From Octopus sinensis (lineage: Eukaryota): a DNA stretch of 64,000 nt. Below the pieces are notes generated by a model. That model searched no databases and was not told the origin of the DNA. It worked only from the letters and a program-made list of their open reading frames with translations. Of the stretch, positions 1 to 12,962 are shown one piece after another. A program made the position numbers and the translations under genes. Position 1 is the stretch's first letter. Each line of letters begins with the position of its first letter. The DNA lies in NCBI RefSeq assembly GCF_006345805.1, contig NC_043007.1, positions 32,488,001 through 32,552,000 of the forward strand, given 5' to 3'.

Positions 1-172
1 CAAAGGGCCGGCCTTGTCACTCTCTGTTTCACGCTGAATATCCCCGAGAACTACGTTATGGGTACACGTGTCTGTGGAGTGCTCAGCCACTTACACGTTA
101 ATTTCACGAGCAGGCTGTTCCGTTGATCAGATCAACCGGAACCCTCGTCGTCGTAACCGACGGAGTGCTTCC
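1..172 (+). mobile_element. 3' part of a tRNA-derived SINE (family B), cut by the window edge
   Basis: Reverse-complement match to the full copy at 37846-38163 (GAGAACTACGTTA, TTAATTTCACGAGCA, CGTCGTCGTAACC). Confidence 0.8.
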
Positions 173-1304
173 ATTTCATCTCTATATACATTTAGTGACA
201 GTATCATGTGTGGTGTTTTAAACTGCCGCCACCCCCTTTATTACTGCTGCAGAGCATTTAGTTTCAGTCTTTACCCACCTGAAACAAATCCAATAACGCT
301 GGCCTTCTTTATCATGCTACCAAAGTAATGATATGATTTGAAAGAAATTCAACTGACGGAGGTGTTTTCAGACAGTTTGTTGTTATGTCACACCTCAGGT
401 TTCTGACACCTCAATGAAATAAACATGAGAAGTTTTACAGACCACGTTTTGTCACAAACTTGTAATGACAAAAGGACAGGGACACACATATTGAGAGACA
501 TGACAATAAGAATGAAAATTTTAATTTGATGACCACCTCTACGGAATTAGAATATTTATGGGAAATAACCAAATTTACAACAAACGATTCATACTCATTG
601 AAACAAATATAGACGCCTTGTGAAAAGTGGGGAAACTGTTAAGAATTTAGACAAACAAATCTTCAAAAATATCGCAAGACTATCTTTGATTACTAAATAG
701 ATAAATCCTACTTTAATGTCCAACTTTCCCTTCTCCGTCTTTGAGAATGGAGAAAGATTTAATATTCAGAATCATTCAAAAATATTCAGATGAAATAATC
801 AATAGAGACAGAATTGTCACACACACACACACAATATTCACACAAGTCTAAGCTGAGTATATATAATCTATCTTTCCCAACCATGTAGTTTTAAGTTCAA
901 TCCCACTGTACAGCACATTGGGTAAGAGTCTTCACTAAAACCCAAAGCAAACCAAAGGTTTACAAGTGGAATTGGTAGCCAGGAATCGAGAGAAGACCCT
1001 GTGTGTGTGTGTGTGTGTGTATGTGTCCATGCACATGTTGCTCATTTTGAAAAAAGTGAAGTACAGGCCATGCTGTTGAGTGAACAAATCATCAGCTTGC
1101 GTCAATCTTTCAAAGTTGCATGAAATAAGAGATCTCTTACTTGAAAAAAAAACAACAAACAAATGAATGAAAAACAAAAACCAGGTATAGATTAGCAACA
1201 AGAAGAACATTTAGCTGTAAAACAATGCCTTCATAATGTATTCATCTAACCTTTTTCAAGAAGCAGCTGTATGACTAAAAAAAATTCAAAGCAATTTTTT
1301 ATTC

Positions 1305-1444
1305 GATCATCATCGTTTAACGTCCGTTTTCCGCGCTAGCATGGGTTGGACGGTTCGACCGGGGTCTGGGAAGCCAGGGGCTGCTCCAGGCTCCAGTCTG
1401 ATCTGGCAGAGTTTCTACGGCTGGATGCCCTTCCTAACGCCAAT
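1305..1444 (-). mobile_element. Short 5'-truncated copy of the RTE LINE 3' tail
   Basis: CATCATCGTTTAACGTCCG...GCTAGCATGGGTTGGACGGTTCGACC is the reverse complement of 19940-20079. Confidence 0.85.
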
Positions 1445-1632
1445 GTCGATATGTCATTCAAAAAGTCCCACAGGTCAGACGGTTGCCTATGGCCAATCTG
1501 ACCCATACAGGCATAGAAAAATGGACATAAAAATCAATGAAAAAGAACATGTTTCCGAGTTACCAAATCAAAGAGGAAGTATTTTGGTTTTGCACAACGA
1601 ATAAAAGCTTCCAGTTTTTAGATATCCAAGGA

Positions 1633-1852
1633 TAACCCTTTAGCATTTGGATTCCTCTGTCAAAATCTAATACGGATTCACATTGTTTTGAATTAATCCT
1701 GCATTATCTGGAGCCAAGAGATTTCAATGATGTGACATTTATTTTTAGAATAACGTTGTACGGTAAGTATGAGGTTGGATCTCGCTGGTTTGACCATAAA
1801 AGAAGTAGAATATTAAGGTCGGATATGACTGGTTTGAATGCTTAACAGTTAA
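1633..1852. mobile_element. piggyBac-type MITE (TTAA-CCCTTTAGCATT family), diverged
   Basis: TAACCCTTTAGCATT left end and GAATGCTTAACAGTTAA right end; interior matches copies at 43951, 49858 and 54197. Confidence 0.65.
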
Positions 1853-2541
1853 AGACTTTCTGTCAGTTGTTTTCTACTTAATTTAAGCAGAATACACACA
1901 TCTGCATCTTATGATAGTTCTATAAAAGATGGGAAGCCATAAGAAGTGTCCTTTTCTGAACACTGCTATAACAGTTCTGATGGAATATGATGCACAAAGC
2001 AAACAGGATTTGGCAAGGGAACAATGCAATTAAGAATCGGTGTCTACTGGAAAAACCTATGTTGCCTGTTAGAACTGGTTTATCCAACACACACACAACC
2101 TTGTTTATCACTGATTCATTTATCGCTGATCCAAGACAACATGGCACACCCCTACATGTGTCTCAAGTAATTTCTATTTTGTTTTCGAAATTCTCCCTGC
2201 GCCATAAAACACTTCGATTTACAGAATATGTGAATCAGAATTTTCTGTTCATTTAAGAATGTATAAAATTTCAGTAGGTCTTCTTTTTGTTTTTTTACCC
2301 TGTACCATTATAAATCACCACTTTCATCATATACAAAAAAAAACAAAAACAAACAAAAGCCCAACATATAATAGAGAATAATGTGATATGTTTGGGTAAG
2401 TATATTTGTGCTTCACTTCATCAAAACCAACATTGGTTACTAAAAATATTCAATTGTTTACTTTCATCCTAAGTTGAATTTAATGTTAGCGTCTATGAAG
2501 CTAAATTTATAAGTTCTAAAATAAGAGAAGAATTCATTACT

Positions 2542-2614
2542 GGGCAGTTTAGCTTAATGGTAAAGCACTTGACACATAATCACAGGGATGTGAGTTCAAG
2601 TCTCATGGCTGGCC
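2542..2614 (+). pseudogene. Degenerate tRNA-like sequence (Met-like; tRNA pseudogene or orphan SINE head)
   Basis: 73 nt with A-box TAGCTTAATGG, B-box GAGTTCAAGTC, T-stem GTGAG/CTCAT, acceptor stem 6/7 paired and CAT in the anticodon position; the anticodon stem is broken. Confidence 0.35.
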
Positions 2615-3084
2615 GGTAAACATATGCTTCTGCAATGTATGGATAATTTATCCTGTTCACGTGTTTGAGAATAAAAAAATTCATTTCTGCATCTTTCAAA
2701 TCAATTACTTTTTATTTATTTCTCTTATATCAGCCAATCACTTTTACAGTCAAGCTAAATAAATAACAGCCACATTTCGAGAAGTTACTTTCATACGAGC
2801 TTTTCTATCAGTTAACACTGTTCTGCATGTCAGCATTCACTGACCATATTTCACAGCCACACCTCATGTTTATATAATCTATTGTATTTTATTGTGCAGA
2901 AAATAGTCTGTGCTGTTAATCAAACATCCGAATCTTCATAATCTGGTCTTCTAATAAGTATTTCTTTCCTTTATTTTTTGTTAATCCTATTGATACCAAC
3001 CTGCCTGAGACCAAGCTTGGCCCTGAGGTACAAAGTTTCTGTTATAAACTGATCTCAGTTAAAACCTGCCATCAAAATTACATT

Positions 3085-3502
3085 CTTTTATTCTTTTACT
3101 TGTTTCTGTCATTTGACTGCAGCCATGCTGGAGCACCACTTTTAGTCGAACAAATTGATCCCAGGACTTATTCTTTGTAAGCCTAGTACTTATTTAGTAC
3201 TTATTCTATCAGTCTCTTTTTGCCAAACAGCTAAGTTAACAGAACATAAACACACCAACATCGGTTGTCAAGCGATGGTGGGGGACAAACACAGACAAAT
3301 AACAAATACATACATGCACACACACACGCGTGCATGCGCGATGGACTTCCTTCAGTTTCCATCTACCAAATCCACTCACAAGGCTTTGGTCAACCTGAGG
3401 CTATAGTAGAGGACACTCGCCCAAGGTGGTACGCAGTGGGACTGAACCCAGGACCATGTGGTTGGGAAGCAAGCTACTTACTGCATAGCCACTCCTGACC
3501 TA
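3085..3502 (-). mobile_element. tRNA-derived SINE (family A, CORE-like middle, internal CA/TA microsatellite)
   Basis: Full-length reverse-complement match to 12549-12962. Confidence 0.9.
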
Positions 3503-4034
3503 TATTAATTTATATTGCAAACACCAGCTTAAAAATGACACAAACATTTTATTGAATTATTGGTTGTATTGTTTTCATAACAACTAGCTCCAATAGTCAA
3601 TATAGTCAACTTGTAGAGAACTAAGCAACAGTTCTCCAGTGAGCCAACTAATATATAAAAAGATAAGGTTTTTCCTATCATATATTTGAACATATTTAGT
3701 GCATCTGTGGTTCTGTCAATCTGCTAGAGGTTTTACTTCTTCAACCTTTGTGCATCAATTGTTTGTAATGTCCAAAAAGAACTGATTCTTGTACATTCAT
3801 TCAATAATAATAATAATAATAATAATAAAACAAAAACACCAGGACTTACAAACACATATAACATACAGAAAATTGCACTACTAGGCACTGCACACATCCT
3901 ACGCAAAACACTTTCAATACAGTAACCATCAGAGCATCACAACAAACCACAGCATATACCCAAGGCACACAGAGCTGCGCTCGGTAGTGAAGTGAAAGCA
4001 CGCTATAAAAATAAAACTACTGAATAATAATAAT

Positions 4035-4486
4035 GATGATAATAATAATAATAATAATAGTCATCGTTTAACATCCATTTTTCATGCTAGCATTGATTGA
4101 ACTGTTCGACTGGGGACTGGCAAGCCAGGAGGCCACACCAGGCTCCAATCTGATATGGCAGTGTTTCTACAGCTGGATGCCCTTCATAACGCCAACCACT
4201 CCGAGAGTGTAGTGGGTGCGTTTTACGTCCCACTGGCATGGGGGCCAGTCAGGCAGCACTGGCATTGGCTACATTTGTATGGTCATATTTCCGTGCTACC
4301 GGAACAGGAGGGGGCAGGGACTGGCATCGACCACATTTGAATGGTGCTTTTTACATGCCACCGGCACAGGGAGCCAGTTAGTCGGCACTGGCAATGATCC
4401 ACACATGAATGGTGCTTACTGTGTGCCACCAGCACAGGTGCCAGTCAGGTGGCACTGGCACTGGTCACAACTACAATTTCCAATTG
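4035..4486 (-). mobile_element. RTE LINE 3'-tail copy with (TAA)n run
   Basis: TCATCGTTTAACATCC...GCTAGCAT...CAGCTGGATGCCCTTC; matches the reverse complement of 19800-20079. Confidence 0.8.
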
Positions 4487-4781
4487 ATAGTGATTTAATT
4501 TTGATTTATTTTACATATTAAGAAAGGCCATGTCAAAATAGATTTTATACTCTTAATTAATAATTAAATTTTTGCCATGTTAAATAACTCATTAGACATG
4601 TTAATTCTGGATCATACGTCTAAGTTGCATCCTTTTACAGAATTTCTTCAAATGGCTCTGTAATGAGAACTATACCATCAACATATAAAATTTTTTAAAA
4701 TGATGACCAATTCTGAAATTCTGTAAGTGGCCCTTAAAAAAAAAGTAAAATACCATCTTATTTCCTAGGGATCATAAATCC

Positions 4782-5018
4782 AGTTACCTGGTTACTGGGG
4801 TGCCATAAGTGACCAAGATCACAAAACAACATTCCCCCCTCATCCCGAATGGCAACACCAGTCCATCACAGGGTCTACTTTACAGCTGAATGAACTGGAA
4901 CAAGATCAAACAAAGTGTTTTGCTCAAGAGTACAATGCACCACCCAGTCTGGGAATTGAAACCACAATCTTGCAACCACGAGTGCAATGCCCTAACCACT
5001 AAGCCACATGCCTTCACA
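4782..5018 (-). mobile_element. tRNA-derived SINE (family B-related), diverged
   Basis: TGTTTTGCTCAAGAGTACAATGC and GCCCTAACCACTAAGCCAC resemble the head of 37846-38163. Confidence 0.65.
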
Positions 5019-5172
5019 ATTGCTCTTTGTACTTTGATGGTGTGAGTGTGGGGAGGTTGCTGAAAACAGTATCACCAACATAAATTTCTCAAGAAAACCT
5101 CTATCTTGCATATTATACGGACTGAGTCATTGATCCATAGTTTTTTTCTTCTCATTGAACATATACTGCCTC

Positions 5173-5188
5173 GTGTGTGTGTGTGTGT

Positions 5189-5232
<44 letters not shown>

Positions 5233-5246
5233 GAGAGAGAGAGAGA
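5173..5246. repeat. (TG)n-(GA)n compound microsatellite
   Basis: Direct inspection. Confidence 0.95.
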
Positions 5247-6639
5247 TAATATCTAATTTGGCACTTCTTCTGGAATTAAGTCCTGGTAGTATTGGCAATC
5301 TATCAATGTTGATAAAATATCTTGTGGCATCGTTCACACAAACACAAAAAAAATCCTCACAAACATTTTGGTCTTACAGCAAACAACAAACGACACATAT
5401 AACAAAAGCCCTATATTTTGAGCAGAGAATACGACGACAATAATAATAATAATAAATAGATAAATAAATAATAATAACAACAATAAAAGTAAAAAATTTT
5501 AAAAATCGAGATTTCAAAGAAGAAAAAAAGAATTTTTATTACTAATTCTATGAAACAATAAGACATTTAAATATATAGACAAAAAAGAAATTTGGAAAAG
5601 AATTATGTTCTTAGAATCAAATGCATCAGTCACTATTCTTAAACAGTCATTTTTGTGCTATTTAAAGAATTACTAATAATAGTATTTCTTGAAATAATTT
5701 ATAAATTGCCCTAGTTTTCACAACAGTCCACCACTAAACCAACACCATCCACCATACGTAACCCCTCTGCACATGCCAGCACTGAGAAAGCGAATGTTGG
5801 CCCTTTTTTGCAACCTGCTGATGAAGTAGAGTTATGCCGTAGGGTTTCCAGCCTTTAATGTTTTTTTATCTCTTATCAGTTAAAAGCTTATTTAATGCTT
5901 ACTCAAAACCAGGCAATACTCTTATTAAAACCATTTATTCAATTTTTCTGTGTGTGCATGTAAATATGTGTGTGTGTACGTACACACATGCTGAACTAAT
6001 TCTCACATAGTCTTTTGTCTTAAGCACTGGGTTGCTTTCTCATACATTATCCAACCTTAGTTTTTTCTTGTTTATTACCAAAGACATAACCAAATGGTCT
6101 GGAATGAAAGCAGATGCTGGTATTTCTACCTCAAACACTTTTAGTAATTTTGTGGTGTTAAGTGCAAAATGCCTGGTGTAATGGTAAAAATACTGGCATT
6201 GTAGAAGTATGTGTGTGTGTATGTATATATTGGTTGGTTGGCATCCTTTTTGTCTCGGGAGACAATGGAGTTGCGCAATAAAATAGTTTAGTCATATACA
6301 CACATACATACACTGCACCAATCATCATCATACACACACACATATACATAGATACACATACATATGCTTATCAGCCACAATATTCTTTTTTTTTTTTTTG
6401 TCTAAGACGGACACCCAATATCAATGTCACTTTATCCAGGTCTGCAATAAAGCACTGTCTGTCGCAGATGCCTTTTCTGCTCTAATGTTACAGATCAGTG
6501 AAATTCCATAATCATATTTTTGTACGCATTAAAATTTTTTTCACTTTTACTTTTTTTTTTTTTTTTTTTTTTTATTAAAGAGATCTTATTTTTAGGCATA
6601 GAAAATCCTGTTTCTCTCTATAAAAATAACACTAGCTTT

Positions 6640-6920
6640 TACAAATTGCTAAAAGCTCCAAGGTCCTGATGACAATCCACATCCTTAAGATCTAAAAAAT
6701 ACTTCTGTCGACACCACGCTACCAGAATCTCCGTTACCCGCAACACAAATCTGAAACCATCTCTCTCAATCAAGTCCAGCCAGCCTGTGTGGTGAGTCAG
6801 TGGGCTTGTGGTCTTCAGCGTCTCTGCAGAAGGCGGTCCAAATTGTCTGGTAGCATCCTGGTTGCCATGTTTCTTAGCATATTCAATCACTTGCAACCAA
6901 TTACAATTTTGTTGGTGTGT
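6640..6920 (-). mobile_element. Relic of a pogo-family DNA transposase (Brinker-type N-terminal DNA-binding helix)
   Basis: Minus-strand ORF 6639-7046 contains LQVIEYAKKHGNQDATRQFG, resembling the KLxVIEYAExHGNRAAxRxFG pattern of pogo/POGK transposases; the rest is unalignable. Confidence 0.5.
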
Positions 6921-7474
6921 CCATTGTAGTTGGGTATTGGTTAATCTAAAATTATAACAAATATCCAAAAACAAGGAACCAGTGACTATATTTATAACAT
7001 AAGAAACAAAGAGGGTGGCAAAAAGCATCAAATATACAAGTATCATTGACCAAACTCGTTAATAATATAAAGTGCAGGACTATCTTGTTATTAGGTCTGG
7101 ATTAAACCTGACGAAGTCGTTGCTGGCCGCATACAGCATCGGTTACTTCAGAAAACATTAATTTCCCCTTGACAGCTACTATTATTTACTAATTACATTG
7201 GATTACTGGATTTTTAATGGTTATCATTATATATATAAGTGGTGAGATACTGTGCTGGAACAGACCCATCCAACCCACACCAGTACACACGCAAGCGGGG
7301 AGAAAAGATGAACATGATGAAGGTGGTGGTCGCAGTGATGGTTATGGTCGTGGTGGTAGTGGTGATAGCCATGAGAGTGGTGGTTGTGATGGTGACTATT
7401 CTTCCTTGCCTTATAAGGTTACAGGATTGGACTGACTTGAAAGAAAGAGACATTTTATGTTTGAAAAATTAATT

Positions 7475-7753
7475 GTAGACTGGGCCAATGCCAGCGCCAC
7501 CTCAACTGGCCTCCGTGCTGTTGGCACATAAAAAGCACCAACCGATTGTGGCCGTTGCCAGCCTCGCCTGGCACCTGTGCACCCACTACACTCATGGAGT
7601 GATTGGCGTTAGGAAGGGCATCCAGCTGTAGAAACACTGCCAGATCAGACTGGTGCCTGGTGCAGCCTCCTGGCTTCCCAGATCCCAGTCAAACCGTCAA
7701 ACCTATGCTAGCATGGAAAACGGACGTTAAACGATGATAATGATGATGATGAT
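7475..7753 (+). mobile_element. RTE LINE 3'-tail copy ending in (GAT)n
   Basis: GTTAGGAAGGGCATCCAGCTGTAGAAAC...GCTAGCATGGAAAACGGACGTTAAACGATG; same as 19800-20079. Confidence 0.9.
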
Positions 7754-7779
7754 TTGCTTGTGATGAGAGGAGTTCATAA

Positions 7780-8200
7780 ACCGAGGATCCACTGTATGAG
7801 AAAAACAATAAAACCACACTCCAACCATAAACACTGTCATCAGACGTGTACCACCAAAGGCCTGAAAACCAAGGGACAAACCATAAATACCCATCTTCCT
7901 CTGGCAGGAAGATTTTGAGCCCTACATTTCAACAGACACTCAAAAAAACAACAGAGGAATTTCATAACTCAAAAAGTATTGGGAACTGAGAAGATCATAA
8001 ACAATATTCCTAAAACACCTGGGGTGCAAAGAAACCACTGTACTAATCAATATCTACAACTACTTTGTACCACTACCCGACCTGAAAGAAGTTGAAGCCC
8101 ATTCTCCCTGAGACATTAATGTAGTCTTGAAACAGTTAAAACATACAAGATAAGCTTAATTCCAATTACATTGGATAAAGAAATGGGATGATCAGAGCTT
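7780..8200 (+). mobile_element. Highly decayed non-LTR retrotransposon RT C-terminal relic (possibly I/Jockey-like)
   Basis: Frame-broken KILxxTFxxxL and xWGAKKETxVLxNIY-like remnants; many stops. Confidence 0.3.
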
Positions 8201-10867
8201 TGCAGTATCTATTCCATCCCCCCCCCCTTCTTGAAGGCAACACTTGTGATAATAACTGTGCCAAGACCCTAGACATTATCAGTGGTCCGTGACATGGAAA
8301 GGGAAGAATTGTATGCATGGGCTGTCACTAGACTTGTCTGCCACAGAGTGGACTCCACTAAAGGCTCCGCTCAAAGGCCAGTTGGTGGTGTCAAAGCAAG
8401 CTAACAGATTGATTCTGCTGCTCAAGGAAAGAAACACACATCCCCCATGAACTCCAAATGCTTCAGCTCAAGAAGCATTTACCATGCTTATCTTTCTGTC
8501 TTCTTAAACACCAACCACCCTGACCCTGACTCCATCAATAGCATGCTTTGGAGGGGCACTTTCTCACTCACAGGCACTAATGAATGCCTCTCAGTCTCCA
8601 AGCTTACATTAGCCTTGCCCTTCTTCATTTTCTCTGATTAACCTTTTCTCAACCACCAGTTATGCAGCAGCAACCAATGCTCTCTTTAATGCATGCATTG
8701 TGCACGCCTATGTGCATACACACATCACTGGACCCAAGAAATGGATAAACTGTCTGTGTGGCATTTTGCTTGTAATAGACAAATCTACTCTACCCAACAT
8801 TTATACAGAGCATGCATTTGAACTCTGGTCTTTCCAACTCCATACTGGGCACACATACCCCCACAACACACACACACAATTCGAAACAAGCTTTTCTCTT
8901 CATCCTTCGCTGTCTTCCCTTCTGATCTTAACCCATTCCCTTTCATCTCTCGTAAATTTACAAGTGGTCTTGTTGATTAACTCTTCACTCCAGCTTTATT
9001 GATCTTCCACTAACATCCATTTCCTTTTGTTGCATCACCACCTCATTCTTCACTTCTTTTTTCTTTTCTTTTTCTTTCTTTTTTTCTTCTCATTCACTAT
9101 TTCCAATCTATTCTTCGCCATTATCACCCCAGCACTCCCACACGCATCAACAAAGGGTTCTGTCCAAAACTTGCCATATGGCAAAATAATTTATTCCACC
9201 TTGCCAACTTTGTCGCAGACAACAAGGGAGGAGAGATCATGGTGCCTTATTGAGGGAATCGTTTGGTATGTGCGAATGAAATAAGGGGAACACAAAAGCA
9301 TGAAAAGAAAAAAAATATAGCTGGCTTTTAAAATAAAACGGGGCTCTTGTTAAGAAACCCTTTCTTGTTAGTGGAAAAAAATAAAGCTGGTAAATAAATA
9401 CAAAGAACATTCAAGGAAACAGTGATTGCAAATTTTTCAAAGTTATACAACGGTTAATCAAATACGTGTCCAGTTCTAAAACATGTTATTTCTGTTACTG
9501 GCATTTAATTAATTGTTATGTTCCTATGGCCTTTTGAGTTAAACGCTCATTGTACAGTTTCCCCAACCCATGTAGAAACCAGTGCTCTTTTACCCTAGCC
9601 ATCGAAAAAACAAAGAACACAGTCTGCTTCCATGATCTAATATCGGTTTTAAATTTTGACCCGAGGCCAGTAATTTCAGGGGAAGAGGTAAGTCGATTAC
9701 ACTGACCCCAGTACTCAACTGGTACTTATTTTATTGATCCTGAAAGGATGAAAGGCTAAGGTGACCTTGGCAGAACATAATGGCACCTTTCTTTTTGTAG
9801 AACATAATTTCGACACAATGATTAAAATTTGGAAGCATAAACAGTCAGTCTCTCTCAACAACACCAAGACATAAGTACAGAACGTTGGGGGGGGGGGGCG
9901 ATGATAATGACGATGATGGAAATAAACATAAAAGAAAAATCTTACAGCTCTCTCCTTTCACAGCTAAATCATAATAGTGATGATGATGATGAGGAGGAGG
10001 AGGAAAAGGAGGGTGATGGCGATGATGTGAGCATCCAGAACATTATGATGTTCCCTTCTTTTTAAGATGCCAGACGTAGCTTAAAGTGGGTTTGATTTAC
10101 ACATCAATAATAAATGAATACACGTGTTTAATTATTGTTACTCGAAGACAATTAGAGTATAACTAATTAAAATACAAATAAATAAAAAAAATACAAAACT
10201 TTACCAGTGTGAAGACTGCATTCTGCACTAACGATAATTATGTTCATTGAATTATTAGTTCATTAAGTAAAGATATGACGAGTGGGTAATTTGTTTCCTT
10301 TTAGCTGTAGCATACAGTTGACTGTAAATTTCTAATATGTGCAAAAGAAAGTTTACCAATTTTTATAGTGTTCAAAAGGCAATGATATGGCTGTGTGGTT
10401 AAAGTGTTTTGCTTTAGGACTCTGATTTCAGGTTCAAACCTACTGCATAACACCATTAGTGTTCTCTACTATGAAAGACCAAAGCCTTTCTGAGTAAAAT
10501 TTGGTAAATGAGAACTATGTGGAAGCTCATGAGAGGGACCAGTCTTGTTGTTGGATAGTAAGCTTAATCTGTTATTTGGTTTAACACTAGCACTTGGCTG
10601 TTATGGTCTTGTTGGTGCAAGCGTTTAAGCCAAGTTTTCTATCCAAGGATAACCATCTCTCTTCCTCTCACAAATGTCAGAGGCCCTGAGAAAGGTCATG
10701 GACACTGACCTTTTCCTGCTTTGACTAAAGTAATACATAAAATAATTATAAAAAATAAAAAGTCGATCTGACATTTCTAATTATCAGTTTGTCTTTTTAT
10801 CATTCTTTTATTTGTTTTGGTTTTTTGACTGCAGCCATGCTGGAGCACCACCTTTAGTTGAACAAAC

Positions 10868-11012
10868 TTCGAAGTTCTTTTACAAGGCTTAGAAGAAATG
10901 AAGGGCCGCTGCAGTAAGTGCATGAACCTGAGAGGGGAATATGTTGAATAAAATCATAGTTAACTGTCCCTCTTGTATTTTCTTTTACTCAAAGCCAGGA
11001 ACTTTTCAGCAC
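10868..11012 (+). mobile_element. Mariner-derived MITE, 3' half
   Basis: Encodes QGLEEMKGRCSKCMNLRGEYVE*, like the mariner transposase C-terminus, then the TIR AAAGCCAGGAACTTTTCAGCACCCCC; same family as 23977-24199. Confidence 0.75.
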
Positions 11013-11017
11013 CCCCT

Positions 11018-11050
11018 CATATATATATATATATACATACATATACATAC

Positions 11051-11103
<53 letters not shown>
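11018..11103. repeat. (TA)n/(TACA)n microsatellite
   Basis: Direct inspection. Confidence 0.95.
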
Positions 11104-11104
<1 letters not shown>

Positions 11105-11480
11105 TTTTATCTGTTTCAGTCATTTGATAGCAACCATGCTGGAGCACTTGAAGGGTTTTTAGTTGAACAAATTAACCCCAAGACATTTTTTAAAGCCTAG
11201 TACTTATTCTATTGGTCTCAATAGTTGAACCACTAAGTGAACACACCAATACCAGTTGTCAACCAGTGATGGGAGTACAAACATATGCACAAAGACATAC
11301 ACGCATAAACACAGACAATCACGATGGGCTTCTTTCAGTTTCTGTCTACCAAATCCACTCACAAGGCTTTGGTCGGCCTGCGGCTATAGTAGAAGACAAT
11401 TGCCAAAGGTGCCACATAGTGGGACTGAACCCAGAACCATGTGTTTTAGAAGCAAGCTTCATACCACACGGCCACTCCTT
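11104..11480 (-). mobile_element. SINE family A
   Basis: Reverse-complement match to 12549-12962. Confidence 0.9.
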
Positions 11481-12150
11481 GAGTGTATGTGTGTGTGCAT
11501 GCGCATGCAAGAATGGTCTGATTGGAACACTTTGGGAAATGAAATATCTAGTTTAAAATGAGAGAAAACTCTTCAAACCTGTCAACTCATATTTTCATAT
11601 ACATACTCTAAAACTAGTTTGATATCCAGTTAATGCTCATCAAAATATAACATGATGGACTGTTAAGTAGCTTACCTTCATTAAGTGTAAATTTATTTCC
11701 CTAAGATGTAAGAAGCTAAAAAGTGTGCACGTAATCCTAGCCACCACTGAGTCGAAAGCAAAATTACAGCAACATCAGAGAACCCAGCCGCTTTTCTATC
11801 ATTCATTTCTTGATCAATATGTATAGATGAGACTATAAAAATGGAATCAAACTAGGGTGGGACATGGGTGCCTTTCTTTGCATATATGTCTACTTATGCA
11901 GACATGTCAATAAAAAATGGATGTTTTGAGTTAACTTAAATAACTCATACCAGTTAAAATGTTTGTTTGCCTTCTTTTCAAAGATAATCTCATTTCATTT
12001 ACATTTAAGATAAGTAAGGTTATCAATAAACTAACGTAGACAACCTAGTCCATGTTTAGACACAGCACTAAAGCCTACATTTCTACTGCTTCAACCACAT
12101 ATCATAGCATCCAAGCATTTCAAAATAATTCACAAGATCATGAATAAATA

Positions 12151-12540
12151 GGCGCAGGAGGGGCTGTGTGGTAAGTGGCTTGCTTACCAACCACATGGTT
12201 CCAGGTACAGTCCAACTGCATGGCACCTTGGGCAAGTGTCTTCTATTTATAGCCTCAGGCCGACCAAAGATTTGCAAGTGGATTTGGTAGGCGGAAACTG
12301 AAAGAAGCCTGTCGTGTGTGTGTGCATGTATGTTTATGTGTCTGTGTTTGTCCCCTCCAACATTGCTTGACAACTGATGTTGGTGTGTTTACATCCCTGT
12401 AGCTTAGCAGTTCAGCAAAAGACACCGACAGAATAAGTACTAAGCTTACAAGGAATAAATCCTGGGGTCGATATGCTCAACTAAAGGCAGTGCCCCCAGC
12501 ATGGCACAGTCAAATGGATGAAACAAGTAAAAGAATAATA
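12151..12540 (+). mobile_element. SINE family A, first of a head-to-tail pair
   Basis: GGCGCAGG head, CACCTTGGGCAAGTGTCTTC CORE-like block, tail GAAACAAGTAAAAGAATA. Confidence 0.9.
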
Positions 12541-12548
12541 TATATATG

Positions 12549-12962
12549 GGCGCAGGAGTGGCTGTGTGGTAAGTAGCTTGCTAACCAACCACATGGTTCC
12601 GGGTTCAGTCCCACTGCGTGGCATCTTGGGCAGGTGCCTTCTGCTATAGCCCCGGGCCGACCAATGCCATGTGAGTGGATTTGGTAGACGGAAACTGAAA
12701 GAAGCCTGTCGTATATATGTATATATATATGTATGTGCGTGTATGTTTGTGTGTCTGTGTCTGTCCCCCTAGCATCGCTTGATAACCGATGCTGGTGTGT
12801 TTACGTCCCCGTCACTTAGCGGTTCGGCAAAAAAGAGACCGATAGAATAAGTACTGGGCTTACAAAGAATAAGTCCCGGGGTTGAGTTGCTCGATTAAAG
12901 GCGGTGCTCCAGCATGGCCGCAGTCAAATGACTGAAACAAGTAAAAGAGAAAGAGAGAAAGA
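12549..12962 (+). mobile_element. SINE family A, young full-length copy
   Basis: A-box-like TGGCTGTGTGG, B-box GGTTCAGTCCC, internal (TA)/(TG) tract, tail GTAAAAGAGAAAGAG. Confidence 0.92.

Noticed and set aside
7214-7472. Overlapping ORFs rich in Val/Met, Gly/Asp or Thr
   Set aside because: Products of a degenerate (GGT/GAT)n microsatellite; no splice or domain support.
9950-10085. Plus-strand acceptor followed by an acidic LNHNSDDDDEEEEE reading
   Set aside because: Built on (GAT)/(GAG) repeats, on the opposite strand to the gene, and ends in a stop with no partner exons.
11675-11832. Minus-strand AG...AG|GTAAGC exon-like interval
   Set aside because: All frames from the upstream acceptor hit stops; only a 25-nt alternative remains, which is unsupported.
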